Below are positions 32,850 through 43,409 of a DNA stretch of 64,000 nt, in pieces. Within the stretch, counting starts at the first letter, position 1. The number at the start of each line of letters is the position of its first letter. The notes beneath the pieces were generated by a model. The model saw nothing but the letters and a program-made list of their open reading frames with translations. It ran no database searches and was not told the DNA's origin. The stretch covers positions 1,226-65,225 of the forward strand of contig JAJRVJ010000009.1 of NCBI GenBank assembly GCA_024277435.1. The letters run 5' to 3'. This DNA is from Patescibacteria group bacterium. Its GTDB lineage: Bacteria > Patescibacteriota > Patescibacteriia > UBA9570. The position numbers and the translations under genes were made by a program.

Positions 32850-33806
32850 TTATACTTTGTAGTATCCTTTATACCAAACAATAAAATTATGTAACCCATC
32901 TGCTAGGCTAGTTTGAGGTGAAAAATCCAGTAATTCTTTAGCTTTTGAAATATCAGCATAGGTTTTATGTACATCACCTGGCTGCATAGGAAGCATATTT
33001 TTCTTCGATTCAATTCCTAATTCTTTTTCTAGTGTTTCAATCATATACATTAATTCTTCAGTTTGAGAGTTACCTAAATTGATAATTTCATAGCCAAAAT
33101 CTTTATCAAGTGCAGTTACTATTCCCGCAACAATATCATCAATATATGTGAAGTCACGTTGGTGATCGCCATTATTATAGACATCAATAGTATCACCAGC
33201 TAGCATTTTTTGTGTGAACTTGAAGTACGCCATATCTGGCCGACCCCATGGTCCGTACACGGTAAAGAAACGCAACACAATGCAATTCAAACCATATAAG
33301 TGATGATAGGTGTGAGCGAGTAACTCTCCAGCTTTTTTAGTAGCTGCATATGGAGAAACTGGATGATCTACTGGATCAGTCTCCGAAAAAGGTACCTTCT
33401 CATTACCGCCGTATACAGAAGATGTAGAAGCTAACACAAAATCCTTAACATCAAAATCGCGAGCTAACTCTAATAAGTTCAGAGTGCCGTTTACATTGGC
33501 TTGCTCATATATATATGGATTCTCTAACGATGCCCGTACACCAGCCCTCGCTCCTAAATGACAAATCTTATCAAACGCATGCTGCTCAAAAATCTTCCGT
33601 GTTCCTTCTAAATCTGAAAAATCCTGTTCATAGAATGTAAAGCCATCATAAGGCTCTAAAAAAGCCACGCGATCCCGCTTTAATTGAGTATCATAATAAT
33701 CATTAACATTATCGATGCCAATTACTGTATGTCCAGCCTCTAACAATGCTTTAGCTGTGTGACTGCCAATAAATCCTGCTACTCCGGTTACTAAAATGGT
33801 GCTCAT
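32850..33806 (-). CDS. UDP-glucuronate 4-epimerase-like SDR
   Basis: GVAGFIG, NDYYD, AGVRAS, SPYAATK, RFFTVYGPWGRPDMA. Confidence 0.88.
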   Translation of the reverse strand: MSTILVTGVAGFIGSHTAKALLEAGHTVIGIDNVNDYYDTQLKRDRVAFLEPYDGFTFYEQDFSDLEGTRKIFEQHAFDKICHLGARAGVRASLENPYIYEQANVNGTLNLLELARDFDVKDFVLASTSSVYGGNEKVPFSETDPVDHPVSPYAATKKAGELLAHTYHHLYGLNCIVLRFFTVYGPWGRPDMAYFKFTQKMLAGDTIDVYNNGDHQRDFTYIDDIVAGIVTALDKDFGYEIINLGNSQTEELMYMIETLEKELGIESKKNMLPMQPGDVHKTYADISKAKELLDFSPQTSLADGLHNFIVWYKGYYKV

Positions 33807-33815
33807 AGATAATTT

Positions 33816-35399
33816 ATGTATAATAAAGCTGCTGAACTATATCATATGCATACAAAAGCTTCAACTCACATTATTATCATAATTACCCTAGGTTTTATAT
33901 TGGCAATAATACCTTTTATTCAAAGTAATTGGTTGCCAACCTCACCAGATAGCGCAGGCTTAAGTTGTGCCGCTCAACATCTAACCTCCGCTGGAGAATT
34001 TGCTCAAAACCGAACTCGTGGATTTGATTTTCATTATAACCCATGTTGGACGCAACAAACCTATCCTGGAAACCAAGTGTTCACTGCAGGTATTATCACC
34101 ATCACAGGCGCACCTGCTAGTAGTGTTGTGGTATGGCTAAGCATTCTCACATTCATTGCCATTGCCATTGCCATATATATTGCGGTATGGCTAAGCACAG
34201 ATGAACGCACATTAGCTCTCTGGTCTGGATTAGGGGCTATTACATCATTAGCACTGGCTCGCTCACTATTGCTTACACCGCATAATTTATACGGATATTT
34301 AGGAATCATCCTGATTATTTTAGGAATTGTTATCTGGGAACGATCGCGCCACTGGTTGAGTGTTGTACTTATCATTCTGAGCATAGCTTTCCTAACAGTA
34401 TTTCACGCTTTGTCACTAGCCATTGTAGGCATTAGCCTAGCTCTCTATACTCTTGCATCTACATATAAGAAGCCAAAAATACTACTGATACTTTTTGGCG
34501 TATTACTACTAATTAATATTGGCGTTGCGCTCATCATGTTCGGCACCATAAATCCAATCGTGCCAGTTGAAAGTATTTTGGCAATGTCTATACCAGGTAT
34601 CACAAATCCTTGGTACGACCATCCTGCGGTATGGGGATATATCGCAACTAGTATTGGTGCACTTGGTATTGCCTACCGTATTAGCAGCAAAGATATGCAT
34701 CCTGCATTACATCTTGGTATCTGGATTGGCCTTGTAAGTATTTTTTTTGGTCATCCAGAAATTACACAAATTGAAATACTACCAGAACGCGTAATTGCTT
34801 ATGGATGGATACCTCTTGCAATAGCATTAGGCGATGGCGTGCTTGTAAGTACTGGTTGGCTAAAAGCTAAGTGGAGATACCTACTATCAATACTAATTAT
34901 TGCCGGCATGGCGCTACATTTTAGTATCTTTATTCAAGATAGCTATGAAGGCATTAGTAAGCGTTTTATACCTGATACAGATTTTATAGAAAGTATGCAA
35001 TGGTTAGAAACACAACGCACCGATGATACATTCCTCTTAGCAGTAGGAAATACTATTAACCGGAAAATTACCTATTCTGGATTATGGTATTACGGTGATA
35101 GTGCTTGGTATCCATGGTATCGTTTAAATCATAAAAACATCCACGCATTCTAAACAGTAGATACCACCTACTTCCCAATCGTTTATCTGGAAGACAATCC
35201 GTTACATCAACGTTTAGTTGATCTATACACAATAGTAACCACACCAGATACAGAGTCTGCTCAGGCTGCAGTTATCAACTATGGAATTACGCATATGTTG
35301 GTATGGAAAAAAGGTCCCGAGGCAAAAATATGGAAGGCTCGATTCTCCAACGAATCAATAGTCTACGAAAACGATCAATATCTGATTTATGAATTATAA
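33816..35399 (+). pseudogene. Multi-TM GT-C-like membrane protein with an internal in-frame TAA (35151-35153)
   Basis: The frame stays open for 81 codons after the TAA, ending ...GITHMLVW...IVYENDQYLIYEL*, a tail resembling that of 36805..38733. Confidence 0.65.
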
Positions 35400-35408
35400 G
35401 GCCACACT

Positions 35409-35660
35409 ATGAAACGCTCTCACGCTAAAATTCATATTCCCGACTGGCTACGATATATACTTCTCGCCGCTATTCTTATAGTAACCATAACAACTATTAT
35501 CAGCGCCGCCCTTCCAGATCATTTTACCATACTAGGTGACCCGTATCATCACAGCCTAAACTACGCTCCATCACGTGCCTTATGGCCATGGCTTGGAACC
35601 TGGCTCACTATTCTTATAAGTATCGTGTACGGCATATATGTACGCCACACTAAGCGCTAA
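35409..35660 (+). CDS. Small two-TM hypothetical protein
   Basis: 83-aa ORF directly downstream of the preceding gene; two hydrophobic segments. Confidence 0.55.
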   Translation: MKRSHAKIHIPDWLRYILLAAILIVTITTIISAALPDHFTILGDPYHHSLNYAPSRALWPWLGTWLTILISIVYGIYVRHTKR

Positions 35661-35929
35661 TCTTCCTTTTGGAAAGGACTATACCCCCTATACCATACTA
35701 CGCAAATACAAATAACTACTACAACGATATATGTGATTAATGTACCAATGTACGTACTTCCAAGTATACGTGTTGCCATCATCTGCAATATTGGAAAAGT
35801 AACAACAGAAATTAACCAAGCATATAATAAACGCTCTCCCTTTGGAATTGTATTAAATGGCCATATTGCTACTGAAATAATATAGCCAATTCCGAAATAC
35901 ACTACAAAACTGGCAAGTAATACAAACAT
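35657..35929 (-). CDS. Small three-TM membrane protein
   Basis: GY...ERLLY pattern with hydrophobic helices; start ATG 35929 follows a TGnCATAGT -10 element. Confidence 0.6.
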   Translation of the reverse strand: MFVLLASFVVYFGIGYIISVAIWPFNTIPKGERLLYAWLISVVTFPILQMMATRILGSTYIGTLITYIVVVVICICVVWYRGYSPFQKED

Positions 35930-35961
35930 AATCATACTATGACAGCATAGCGATGGATAGA

Positions 35962-35990
35962 TTGCTTGTAAAGTCAAAATCCGATACAAT
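35962..35990 (+). promoter_or_regulatory. Sigma70-type promoter
   Basis: TTGCTT-17 nt-TACAAT upstream of ATG 36002. Confidence 0.5.
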
Positions 35991-36001
35991 CAAAATGTTT
36001 T

Positions 36002-36808
36002 ATGAAAAAATACATTACTAATTCTGTCGGATATACAATTGTAGCGCTGCTTGGTTTAGCTCCAATACTACTGTTACTAGCTATATATTCACCATATCCC
36101 GGAATTATCTACATGCGACAAACATTTCGACCAAGCCCTGCTGCACAAAAGCTAGGTGTAAGTAATTTTTTTCCAGACTCCTCGTTATCTCCCGGAATAA
36201 ACCCAATTGAAAATTACCAAATACGTACCATTAATGATGCGGTTGACTTCACCGTAAAAAAAATACCCCGCACCACTTCTGCGGTAATGTACATTAATAT
36301 GAAGCAAAATGCAGCCGCTAGCGCATTACTGCACATAAGCGACACTGGTGGAGATGTCTCATATCGACTACTTGGAGCTGATGATTTTATTTCAAGTCTA
36401 CTAAAAAATGAAGACTATACGTACATTCAAGACCCTGAAACAGATATTACACTCTTCCAAAAAAAGACAAGTGCGTATTCTAGTATAAAAGAATTTATGA
36501 GTAATCCGCCGCGTAGTACCATTGGCCTTTACTATCCCCCATCGGATCAGCTAGACTCTTTTATTGAAAAAATACATACCACGCCACTTCACGCGAAAAA
36601 AAATAAACTAGCAAACGGTAATATCACTCTACCTAACTATATCATTACTTCCTGGCAAAATATCAACAATGATGAATTTGTTGAATATGAATTAAACTGG
36701 AATATGAACGCCCTTGCCATTGAACGGCAAGATTACTTTGCGTTTCGATTACGACCAAGTAGTGAGTATCCCATTACTATCAAACCAATTATCGTAGGAA
36801 TGCAATGA
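36002..36808 (+). CDS. Membrane-anchored hypothetical protein
   Basis: N-terminal TM, 268 aa; ATGA overlap with the next gene. Confidence 0.7.
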   Translation: MKKYITNSVGYTIVALLGLAPILLLLAIYSPYPGIIYMRQTFRPSPAAQKLGVSNFFPDSSLSPGINPIENYQIRTINDAVDFTVKKIPRTTSAVMYINMKQNAAASALLHISDTGGDVSYRLLGADDFISSLLKNEDYTYIQDPETDITLFQKKTSAYSSIKEFMSNPPRSTIGLYYPPSDQLDSFIEKIHTTPLHAKKNKLANGNITLPNYIITSWQNINNDEFVEYELNWNMNALAIERQDYFAFRLRPSSEYPITIKPIIVGMQ

Positions 36809-38733
36809 ATATGCTAAAAATATTGAAAGACTGGATAATCGAAATAATGCGCATAATGTTCATCCCGCTAATTATAGCGTATCTATTATTAGTAGTTACT
36901 GATGGAGTTAACCAAGATATTATTAGTCCATTTATTATTATTTCCGACTTTTCTATCCCACTTATATTCGTAGCGATAGGGTACGGTGCGCATATGTATG
37001 CAAATAAAAAGGTAAAAACCGCACTTTCAAAAAAAGCTCAGTGGACTATCCACACTAGCATCGCATCGATAATTGCCATTATCACATGGATCGCATTACA
37101 AGATTCATTGATCCTCTACAAAATAATATGTGCTCTGATCATAATGGTTGGATCACTATCTGCATACATTGCACAAAATAAATCACAAAAACGTTGGGCT
37201 ATTATTTCCATAGTTACTGTGTGTATTTTAGCTACCGCGTTGATAATTTCTTTCATTGCACAATACGAAATAGGTTTTATATCATTTGATTTTTGGAATC
37301 ACTATAACTCTAGTAAGGTCTATTCACTTACTGGAGTAGTTGGGTCATTACTATTATCGTATCAATCTTTTTATGTACTAATTGGTAGCATTCTCAATTT
37401 AACAAATACAAGCATTGCAAACGCACAAATTGTGTACACACTAAGTGTAGCTATGGTATATCTTCTTGGTGCATATAGTATGTACTATATAGGTTGTAAC
37501 CTAGGTAGTCGTCGCTATGGAATCATTAGCGCCATTATCTTCGCTTTATTTCCAATGACCACCTGGGGTGGGGCGGGATTCTTTATTCCTAATACCCTCT
37601 CTCTTATTGTATGGCCTCTACTGTTCTACTTTGGAATGCAAAAAAGGAGCAAACGTTCCATATTTCTATTCATATTAAGCGGCTTAGTTATCTTCTTATA
37701 TCATCCTTGGGATTTAGGAATTATTTTACCAGCGTTTATTATCTGGAAAGTATTCTTACAAAAACATGTTAAAGGTTTTATTTTGTGGTTTATAGTTTTT
37801 TCTGTGGGCTTTATAAGCACAGAAATTATACTGTTTATATTTGCTCCTGATTTATTCTTTTCACTACATGATTGGCTACCAAATTTTTATGGAATTTACA
37901 ATAACATAATCAGCACCATAAATACTCAATCTAGCTTCAATCCTCAGGTATTGTTTACACTAAAAAATATTTTCATTACACCTCTAGCAATAATTGGATC
38001 ATTATTTGTAATCATACGGTACATCCAAGAGCGCAATACAGGTAAATTACAGCCTATCACAAAATTCTTACTTGCTCATGTAATATTACTATATCTACTG
38101 CTATTTCTTGGATTTATTTTCGCATATAATTTTCGCATTGTTGTATTTGTCTTATTTGTCTGTGTACCGCTAGCCGCATACATGCTTCATCAATTATCAC
38201 GCCGTCATATAATAACTGGCTCTATGATCTTAGGCCTATCATTTAGTGCCCTACTATTACACAACGTAAATGTATATACAATATTAAATGGCTCAACCTA
38301 TAGTTCTCAATCGGAAAGTCAAAACATATATGCAGGACTCAAACAGATTGATCAAGAGGCTATTATACTTACCGACCCATACAGCCGTACATTTCTTATA
38401 GCGCTTGGAGCTCGCTATCGCATCCATACTAATCCTGATGAAGAAAATGAATACTATCAGATTTTTCATGAGCAAGATTGGACAGAGTCTCAGATTAAAT
38501 ATATTCAAACATGGGATATTAAATATATTGCTATTACAAATCGTACCGTAGAATGGGCACGAACCGGTAAGCCAACAACTGCTGTAACCAACTACTTATC
38601 AAGAATTGATAGCTTTATTTCCACAAAAGAAACCCTGACAGATAAACTATCAGGCGATCTCAAAGCTATTTATAAGAGTGATGAATTTTCACTCTACCAG
38701 ATTCCGGAAGATCCGGCTGCGCTACTGTATTAA
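36805..38733 (+). CDS. Large multi-TM protein, probable GT-C-fold glycosyltransferase
   Basis: Many TM helices, loop motif FDFWNH, YHPW and soluble C-domain ILTDPY...IYKSDEFSLYQI. Confidence 0.6.
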   Translation: MNMLKILKDWIIEIMRIMFIPLIIAYLLLVVTDGVNQDIISPFIIISDFSIPLIFVAIGYGAHMYANKKVKTALSKKAQWTIHTSIASIIAIITWIALQDSLILYKIICALIIMVGSLSAYIAQNKSQKRWAIISIVTVCILATALIISFIAQYEIGFISFDFWNHYNSSKVYSLTGVVGSLLLSYQSFYVLIGSILNLTNTSIANAQIVYTLSVAMVYLLGAYSMYYIGCNLGSRRYGIISAIIFALFPMTTWGGAGFFIPNTLSLIVWPLLFYFGMQKRSKRSIFLFILSGLVIFLYHPWDLGIILPAFIIWKVFLQKHVKGFILWFIVFSVGFISTEIILFIFAPDLFFSLHDWLPNFYGIYNNIISTINTQSSFNPQVLFTLKNIFITPLAIIGSLFVIIRYIQERNTGKLQPITKFLLAHVILLYLLLFLGFIFAYNFRIVVFVLFVCVPLAAYMLHQLSRRHIITGSMILGLSFSALLLHNVNVYTILNGSTYSSQSESQNIYAGLKQIDQEAIILTDPYSRTFLIALGARYRIHTNPDEENEYYQIFHEQDWTESQIKYIQTWDIKYIAITNRTVEWARTGKPTTAVTNYLSRIDSFISTKETLTDKLSGDLKAIYKSDEFSLYQIPEDPAALLY

Positions 38734-40680
38734 ACGAGTAAGTTCCTCGTGAAGAATTTTGGAAACCCGTTCTATGGAATGATGTTTTCTAAAATATTGA
38801 CTTCCATTATCTCCAGCTTCTTGCAATTGTCGCGGATTACTTAAAATATCGTCAAGCAATGCACGTAATGTTTCAAAAGAATTTTGAGCTACCCATCCTA
38901 ATGCATGCTCTGTAATAATATTATCGGGATTTGCTGATAGACTCATAATAGGAGTGCCGTGCAATCCCGCTTGAATAAATGTATTTGGAAACCCCTCCAC
39001 TCGCGATGTATTCACAAATAGTTTAGCCTTACTAAAATATTCCCCAATTACATCAAAATCAACTTGATCATGAAATGTTACATTACTTAGCGCATTTACC
39101 TCTTGCTGTACGGAAGTAAATAGCACTTCATCACCTTTATTACAAATCATCACAAATTGCTCATCAGGAAATGCTTCAGCCAACCTTAAGAATACCATTG
39201 GTTGCTTCATTTCATGTGCGCGACCAACCCATAAAATACTATCTTTGATAGCACCCAATTCATCCTTACGCAATAAAAAGCCATTTGGTAAAAGCGTAAC
39301 ATGCGCCCCCATTTTTTCTAATAGAGATTGATGATTAGAATTTTGAGCAAAAAATTCTGTGGTATTATGCAACCCATACCTGTACGACTTACTCGCCAAC
39401 CAACTTGCACTATCGATAAATTCACCATTCACATCTATATCTGATGCTGTCATGTATACACCCCGCTTACGCGCCATTTTACAAAACCATGCTACAAGCC
39501 CAACTTCAAATGATGCAGAACGCGAAATATAAATATCTGCATTTATACGCTGGAAATCCAATAGCAATTTTAGCGTCCTCCAAAAACCAACAAATATGTT
39601 TGTGGATGCAGTATTGCGTACTTGCCAATATGTAATGTCGTTTTCACACACTAGCTTGGGTATGTCTTGAATCGCAGATACAACATGAATATCATATCCG
39701 TCACCATAACTACGACGTAACTCCTCCACTAACTGAAATAATTGAACCTCACTACCTCCAAAAACGCCTCCTCCTGGGTGGGAAACATTATACATATCAT
39801 AATTCACAATACATATACGTGTTTTTTCAGGTGGCGTTTTTTTAAACTCTAAAGCAATATCCATACCCTGATACTCCATGCCGAACATTACAAGAAAACG
39901 ATATATAATTCGCTTTATCGCTCTTGGTAATAAAGTGGTAACTATACTTAATCTGCCGCTCATCTCACGTTGCCATTCAACTGAAAAAAACTTTCCACCA
40001 TATTTTCGAGAAACTGCGCGAGATTCCTTCCAGAACTGATCGGCTCTACCTCCAGTTTTTGATTCTTCATGAATACGGAAGTGTCCTAATACCACAGGCA
40101 ATAACTCAATAGTCGTTTCTAATCCTATGCGAATATAGTAATCCTTATCCATCGAAAAATGTAATGACTCATCAAAATATCCAACACTGTCTAGTAATTC
40201 TCTTCGCCAAAAAACTGTGATATACGCCATAAACATCGTCTCATTCAATAATGCATCAAGAGAAAATTCCTGTGTTGGTAATAGATATTCTTCAGCCTGA
40301 CCATTCGTAGTGTTATATGCTAGGCACTTACCATACACCATACCCACCTCGGAATGTTCTTTAAAATGTTTGACGACAGCTTGAAATGCACCAGGCTCAA
40401 ACCAATCATCGGTACTTAGCCATACTACGATATCACCAGTAGCTTTACGTAAACCCTTATTCAAGGCATCGGACTGCCCTGTATCTGATTCAGAAATAAA
40501 TTTCACCTTATCCGGATACTTCTCCTGATACGCCTCTAGAATTTCAATGCTGTTGTCCGTGGATTCACCGTCATAAATAATATGCTCCCAATCTGCATGG
40601 CTTTGCTGCGTAACGCTATCAATAGCCTGCTGCAAATATTGCCCCTGGTTAAACGATGGAGTAACTACTGAAATTTTCAT
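38722..40680 (-). CDS. Fusion GT2 + GT4 glycosyltransferase
   Basis: N-half VVTPSFNQ, DGESTD, GQSDALNKG; C-half GGSEVQL, EGFPNTFIQA. Confidence 0.9.
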   Translation of the reverse strand: MKISVVTPSFNQGQYLQQAIDSVTQQSHADWEHIIYDGESTDNSIEILEAYQEKYPDKVKFISESDTGQSDALNKGLRKATGDIVVWLSTDDWFEPGAFQAVVKHFKEHSEVGMVYGKCLAYNTTNGQAEEYLLPTQEFSLDALLNETMFMAYITVFWRRELLDSVGYFDESLHFSMDKDYYIRIGLETTIELLPVVLGHFRIHEESKTGGRADQFWKESRAVSRKYGGKFFSVEWQREMSGRLSIVTTLLPRAIKRIIYRFLVMFGMEYQGMDIALEFKKTPPEKTRICIVNYDMYNVSHPGGGVFGGSEVQLFQLVEELRRSYGDGYDIHVVSAIQDIPKLVCENDITYWQVRNTASTNIFVGFWRTLKLLLDFQRINADIYISRSASFEVGLVAWFCKMARKRGVYMTASDIDVNGEFIDSASWLASKSYRYGLHNTTEFFAQNSNHQSLLEKMGAHVTLLPNGFLLRKDELGAIKDSILWVGRAHEMKQPMVFLRLAEAFPDEQFVMICNKGDEVLFTSVQQEVNALSNVTFHDQVDFDVIGEYFSKAKLFVNTSRVEGFPNTFIQAGLHGTPIMSLSANPDNIITEHALGWVAQNSFETLRALLDDILSNPRQLQEAGDNGSQYFRKHHSIERVSKILHEELTRLIQ

Positions 40681-42200
40681 ACCTTTGAACGTGAAGGAAT
40701 AATCTTACTAATATATGACGTGAACAACATCCGATCTTTTTTTGAAAAGATACCAATAACCAATCCAAGTAGAAGTATAAATACTCCAGCTAATAATAAT
40801 GCTAGCAAAACACCCCAAATAGATGATAACAACGATACACTATATCCCAATACAAAATATCCAACGCTCCCGATAATTAATAGCTTTACATAGATCATAA
40901 ACATCGATGTGTGCTGAACGCGTAACTTTCGCTCAATCATATATATATATATTGGTACAGGCCACTGAGCTATGAGTAATCCATACGCAGCGCCTTCAAT
41001 ATTAAATATTGGGATAAGAGTTGCTGTTAACGCTATATTAGAAATAACAATAGTGGCAATTACAGCAGCATTGGTCTTGGGTTTATCAAAACCAGCGAAA
41101 AAATAAAATGGAATTGCCGTAAGTGCATACAAACCATAACACACAACCAAAACCTGCATAATATACGCCGACTCAATAATATATGCATCACCCAACCAGT
41201 AACCAATAAATGGCTCTGCGTATACGATAAGTGGAATAACCATAGCCAATATAAACGTATAGGTAAATTTAGAAGCGCGTATATACAATTCCCGCAGTGC
41301 ATCTAGTCTCTGCTGTGTAAATAGTTCTGTTGATAGCGGAAATAATACATTATTGAGCGTTGCAATAAGTGCATGAATTTTCATAGCAATGGTCACTGGA
41401 ATTGCATAAAATGTTACAACAGTTGATCCTAAAAATGCGCTAATTAAAAATTTATCAAATTGAAATAACATATTACCAGCTATTGTTGCAATAAACGTAA
41501 AGCCCGCAAAATTCATTATTTTTTTCACAAGTCGCTTGTCCCAAGCAAGAACAAATGTGAAGTCAGGTAGTAATCGCTTTAATAAAATAATGTATCCAAT
41601 CAATAATGTAAGAGATGTAGCAGCGTTTACTAATAAAATAGCCAACAAACTTGGATGCAACCATAAAATGAACACAAGCACCGCCGTAAGGGCCATTGCG
41701 TTTATCAATACAACTATTGTATTAAGATGATATTTTTGCAAAGCTCGTGGAACCGCGCTCAATACACCATTGGCTAAATTAAAAAGTAAACTACCCACAG
41801 CCAACAGTAAACCGATTTTACTCACGTCACGTAGCTCTTCTGGAATCTTCAGTAAAGTAATGATAGAATCAGCGCCTAGCATCACAACAACGAATAACAC
41901 CACACCTAAACCAAGAAAGATGATGAGATTCGTACTAATAACTTTATTAACCTGTCTTGTGTCACCACGCGTATATGCTTCTGAAATATACCGTACAGAA
42001 GCTGATGCTAATCCAAGATCCAGAAACGATAATATGCCAATAACCGATAATAGCAGTGTATACACACCATATTGATCATCACCTAATGCACTCAATATAA
42101 ATGGAGTGATAGCAAAAGCTATCACAATAGACCAGCTAAACGCTAGTACATTACTCAGTGCATTAGTGATGGTTTGATGGGCCTTTTTCATAACAAACAT
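40677..42200 (-). CDS. wzx: Wzx-type oligosaccharide flippase
   Basis: TPFILSALGDDQYG, LDLGL, FDKFLIS, LFP; about 12-14 TM. Start 42200 or 42191. Confidence 0.88.
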   Translation of the reverse strand: MFVMKKAHQTITNALSNVLAFSWSIVIAFAITPFILSALGDDQYGVYTLLLSVIGILSFLDLGLASASVRYISEAYTRGDTRQVNKVISTNLIIFLGLGVVLFVVVMLGADSIITLLKIPEELRDVSKIGLLLAVGSLLFNLANGVLSAVPRALQKYHLNTIVVLINAMALTAVLVFILWLHPSLLAILLVNAATSLTLLIGYIILLKRLLPDFTFVLAWDKRLVKKIMNFAGFTFIATIAGNMLFQFDKFLISAFLGSTVVTFYAIPVTIAMKIHALIATLNNVLFPLSTELFTQQRLDALRELYIRASKFTYTFILAMVIPLIVYAEPFIGYWLGDAYIIESAYIMQVLVVCYGLYALTAIPFYFFAGFDKPKTNAAVIATIVISNIALTATLIPIFNIEGAAYGLLIAQWPVPIYIYMIERKLRVQHTSMFMIYVKLLIIGSVGYFVLGYSVSLLSSIWGVLLALLLAGVFILLLGLVIGIFSKKDRMLFTSYISKIIPSRSKV

Positions 42201-42204
42201 AGTG

Positions 42205-42260
42205 AGTGTAGCGGCAATATACACTACAGTCAACGTACATATAAAGCTATGTGCTATACT
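42205..42260. promoter_or_regulatory. Divergent promoters for wzx (-) and the Trm11-like gene (+)
   Basis: Minus strand TTGACT-17-TACACT (42233..42205); plus strand TGnTATACT (42252-42260) 6 nt before the ATG. Confidence 0.55.
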
Positions 42261-42266
42261 GGGACT

Positions 42267-43397
42267 ATGCAATATTTAGCTATCCTTGGCAACGTACCAG
42301 AACTATCAGCCCTCGAGCTCAATCGCATGGGCATTACCGCTGAATGGCGAGGAGGTAGCGTAGCGGAATTATCCAACAAAATCGATATTAATCAGCTTGG
42401 TGGCACTGTTAAAATTGCTGAATATATAACTACTATTAAGCGCGATCTTGAAGGCTTAAAAGAACTATACGCACTCTTAGAGCAAGCCAGTGGGGATGGA
42501 AAAAAATTATGCTTTGGATTTAGCGTATATGCAGCCGATGCTGCAGTTACAGAAAAAGTGGAGAAACACTATAATAAAAAATTACGTGCTATTGGCATCG
42601 ATTGGAAAAAAAAGTTGAAAGAAGTGCATAATGGAGCAGTTCGTTATGTTGAAAGCAAAGAACCTGCTCTCTCTTCGGTAATTGTACAAAAAGAAAAATT
42701 ACTCAACCATAATACAGATTTCATCATTGCAATTCGTAAAAAAGAAATCATCCTGGGCCGCACTATAGAAGTACAAGATTATAAAGGTTTTTCTAAAAGA
42801 GACTTTGGTCGACCAGCGCGTGATCACCAATCTGGTATGTTACCACCAAAAGTAGCCCGTATGATGATGAATATCGCCCAACCAACCGGCGCAGGTTCAT
42901 TCGTTGATGCCTTTTGTGGATCGGGCACCGTGTTACAAGAAGCAACATTGCAAGGCCATAAAAATATCATTGGTGTTGATATCTCGAAGAAAGCCATTAC
43001 TGATACTAAAGAGAATTTCGAATGGATGAAACTGCCAGTACCAGAGCTCCATGTGGCTGATAGTCAAAAAATAAATGGGTTACTACCAAAGAATTCTGTG
43101 GAGTGTGTGGTAGGAGAAGGCTATCTTGGACCAACACGTCCTAAAAAAACCGAAAAGGTGCGTAGACAACTTATTAAACTCTACGATAATACAATTACCG
43201 CATTTAATGATATTTTAATTCCGGGCGGAAGAATTGTGTTAGCTGTTCCAGCATGGAAACGTTACGACGATATACTTACATTACCAATCAATGAAACCTT
43301 ACAGCGCTTGGGGATGAAGGAATTTCACGAACCGATTTTCTATGGCCGCGAACACGCACACGTATTGCGACACATTCACTTCTTAGAAAAGAAATAA
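42267..43397 (+). CDS. Trm11/TrmG10-like RNA methyltransferase
   Basis: LGGTVKI, RDFGRP...GMLPPKVARMM, DAFCGSGT, EGYLGP. Confidence 0.75.
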   Translation: MQYLAILGNVPELSALELNRMGITAEWRGGSVAELSNKIDINQLGGTVKIAEYITTIKRDLEGLKELYALLEQASGDGKKLCFGFSVYAADAAVTEKVEKHYNKKLRAIGIDWKKKLKEVHNGAVRYVESKEPALSSVIVQKEKLLNHNTDFIIAIRKKEIILGRTIEVQDYKGFSKRDFGRPARDHQSGMLPPKVARMMMNIAQPTGAGSFVDAFCGSGTVLQEATLQGHKNIIGVDISKKAITDTKENFEWMKLPVPELHVADSQKINGLLPKNSVECVVGEGYLGPTRPKKTEKVRRQLIKLYDNTITAFNDILIPGGRIVLAVPAWKRYDDILTLPINETLQRLGMKEFHEPIFYGREHAHVLRHIHFLEKK

Positions 43398-43409
43398 CTC
43401 CAACTCAGA

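Noticed and set aside
36805-38733. AglB/PglB N-oligosaccharyltransferase
   Set aside because: No WWDxG motif was found; left as generic GT-C-like.
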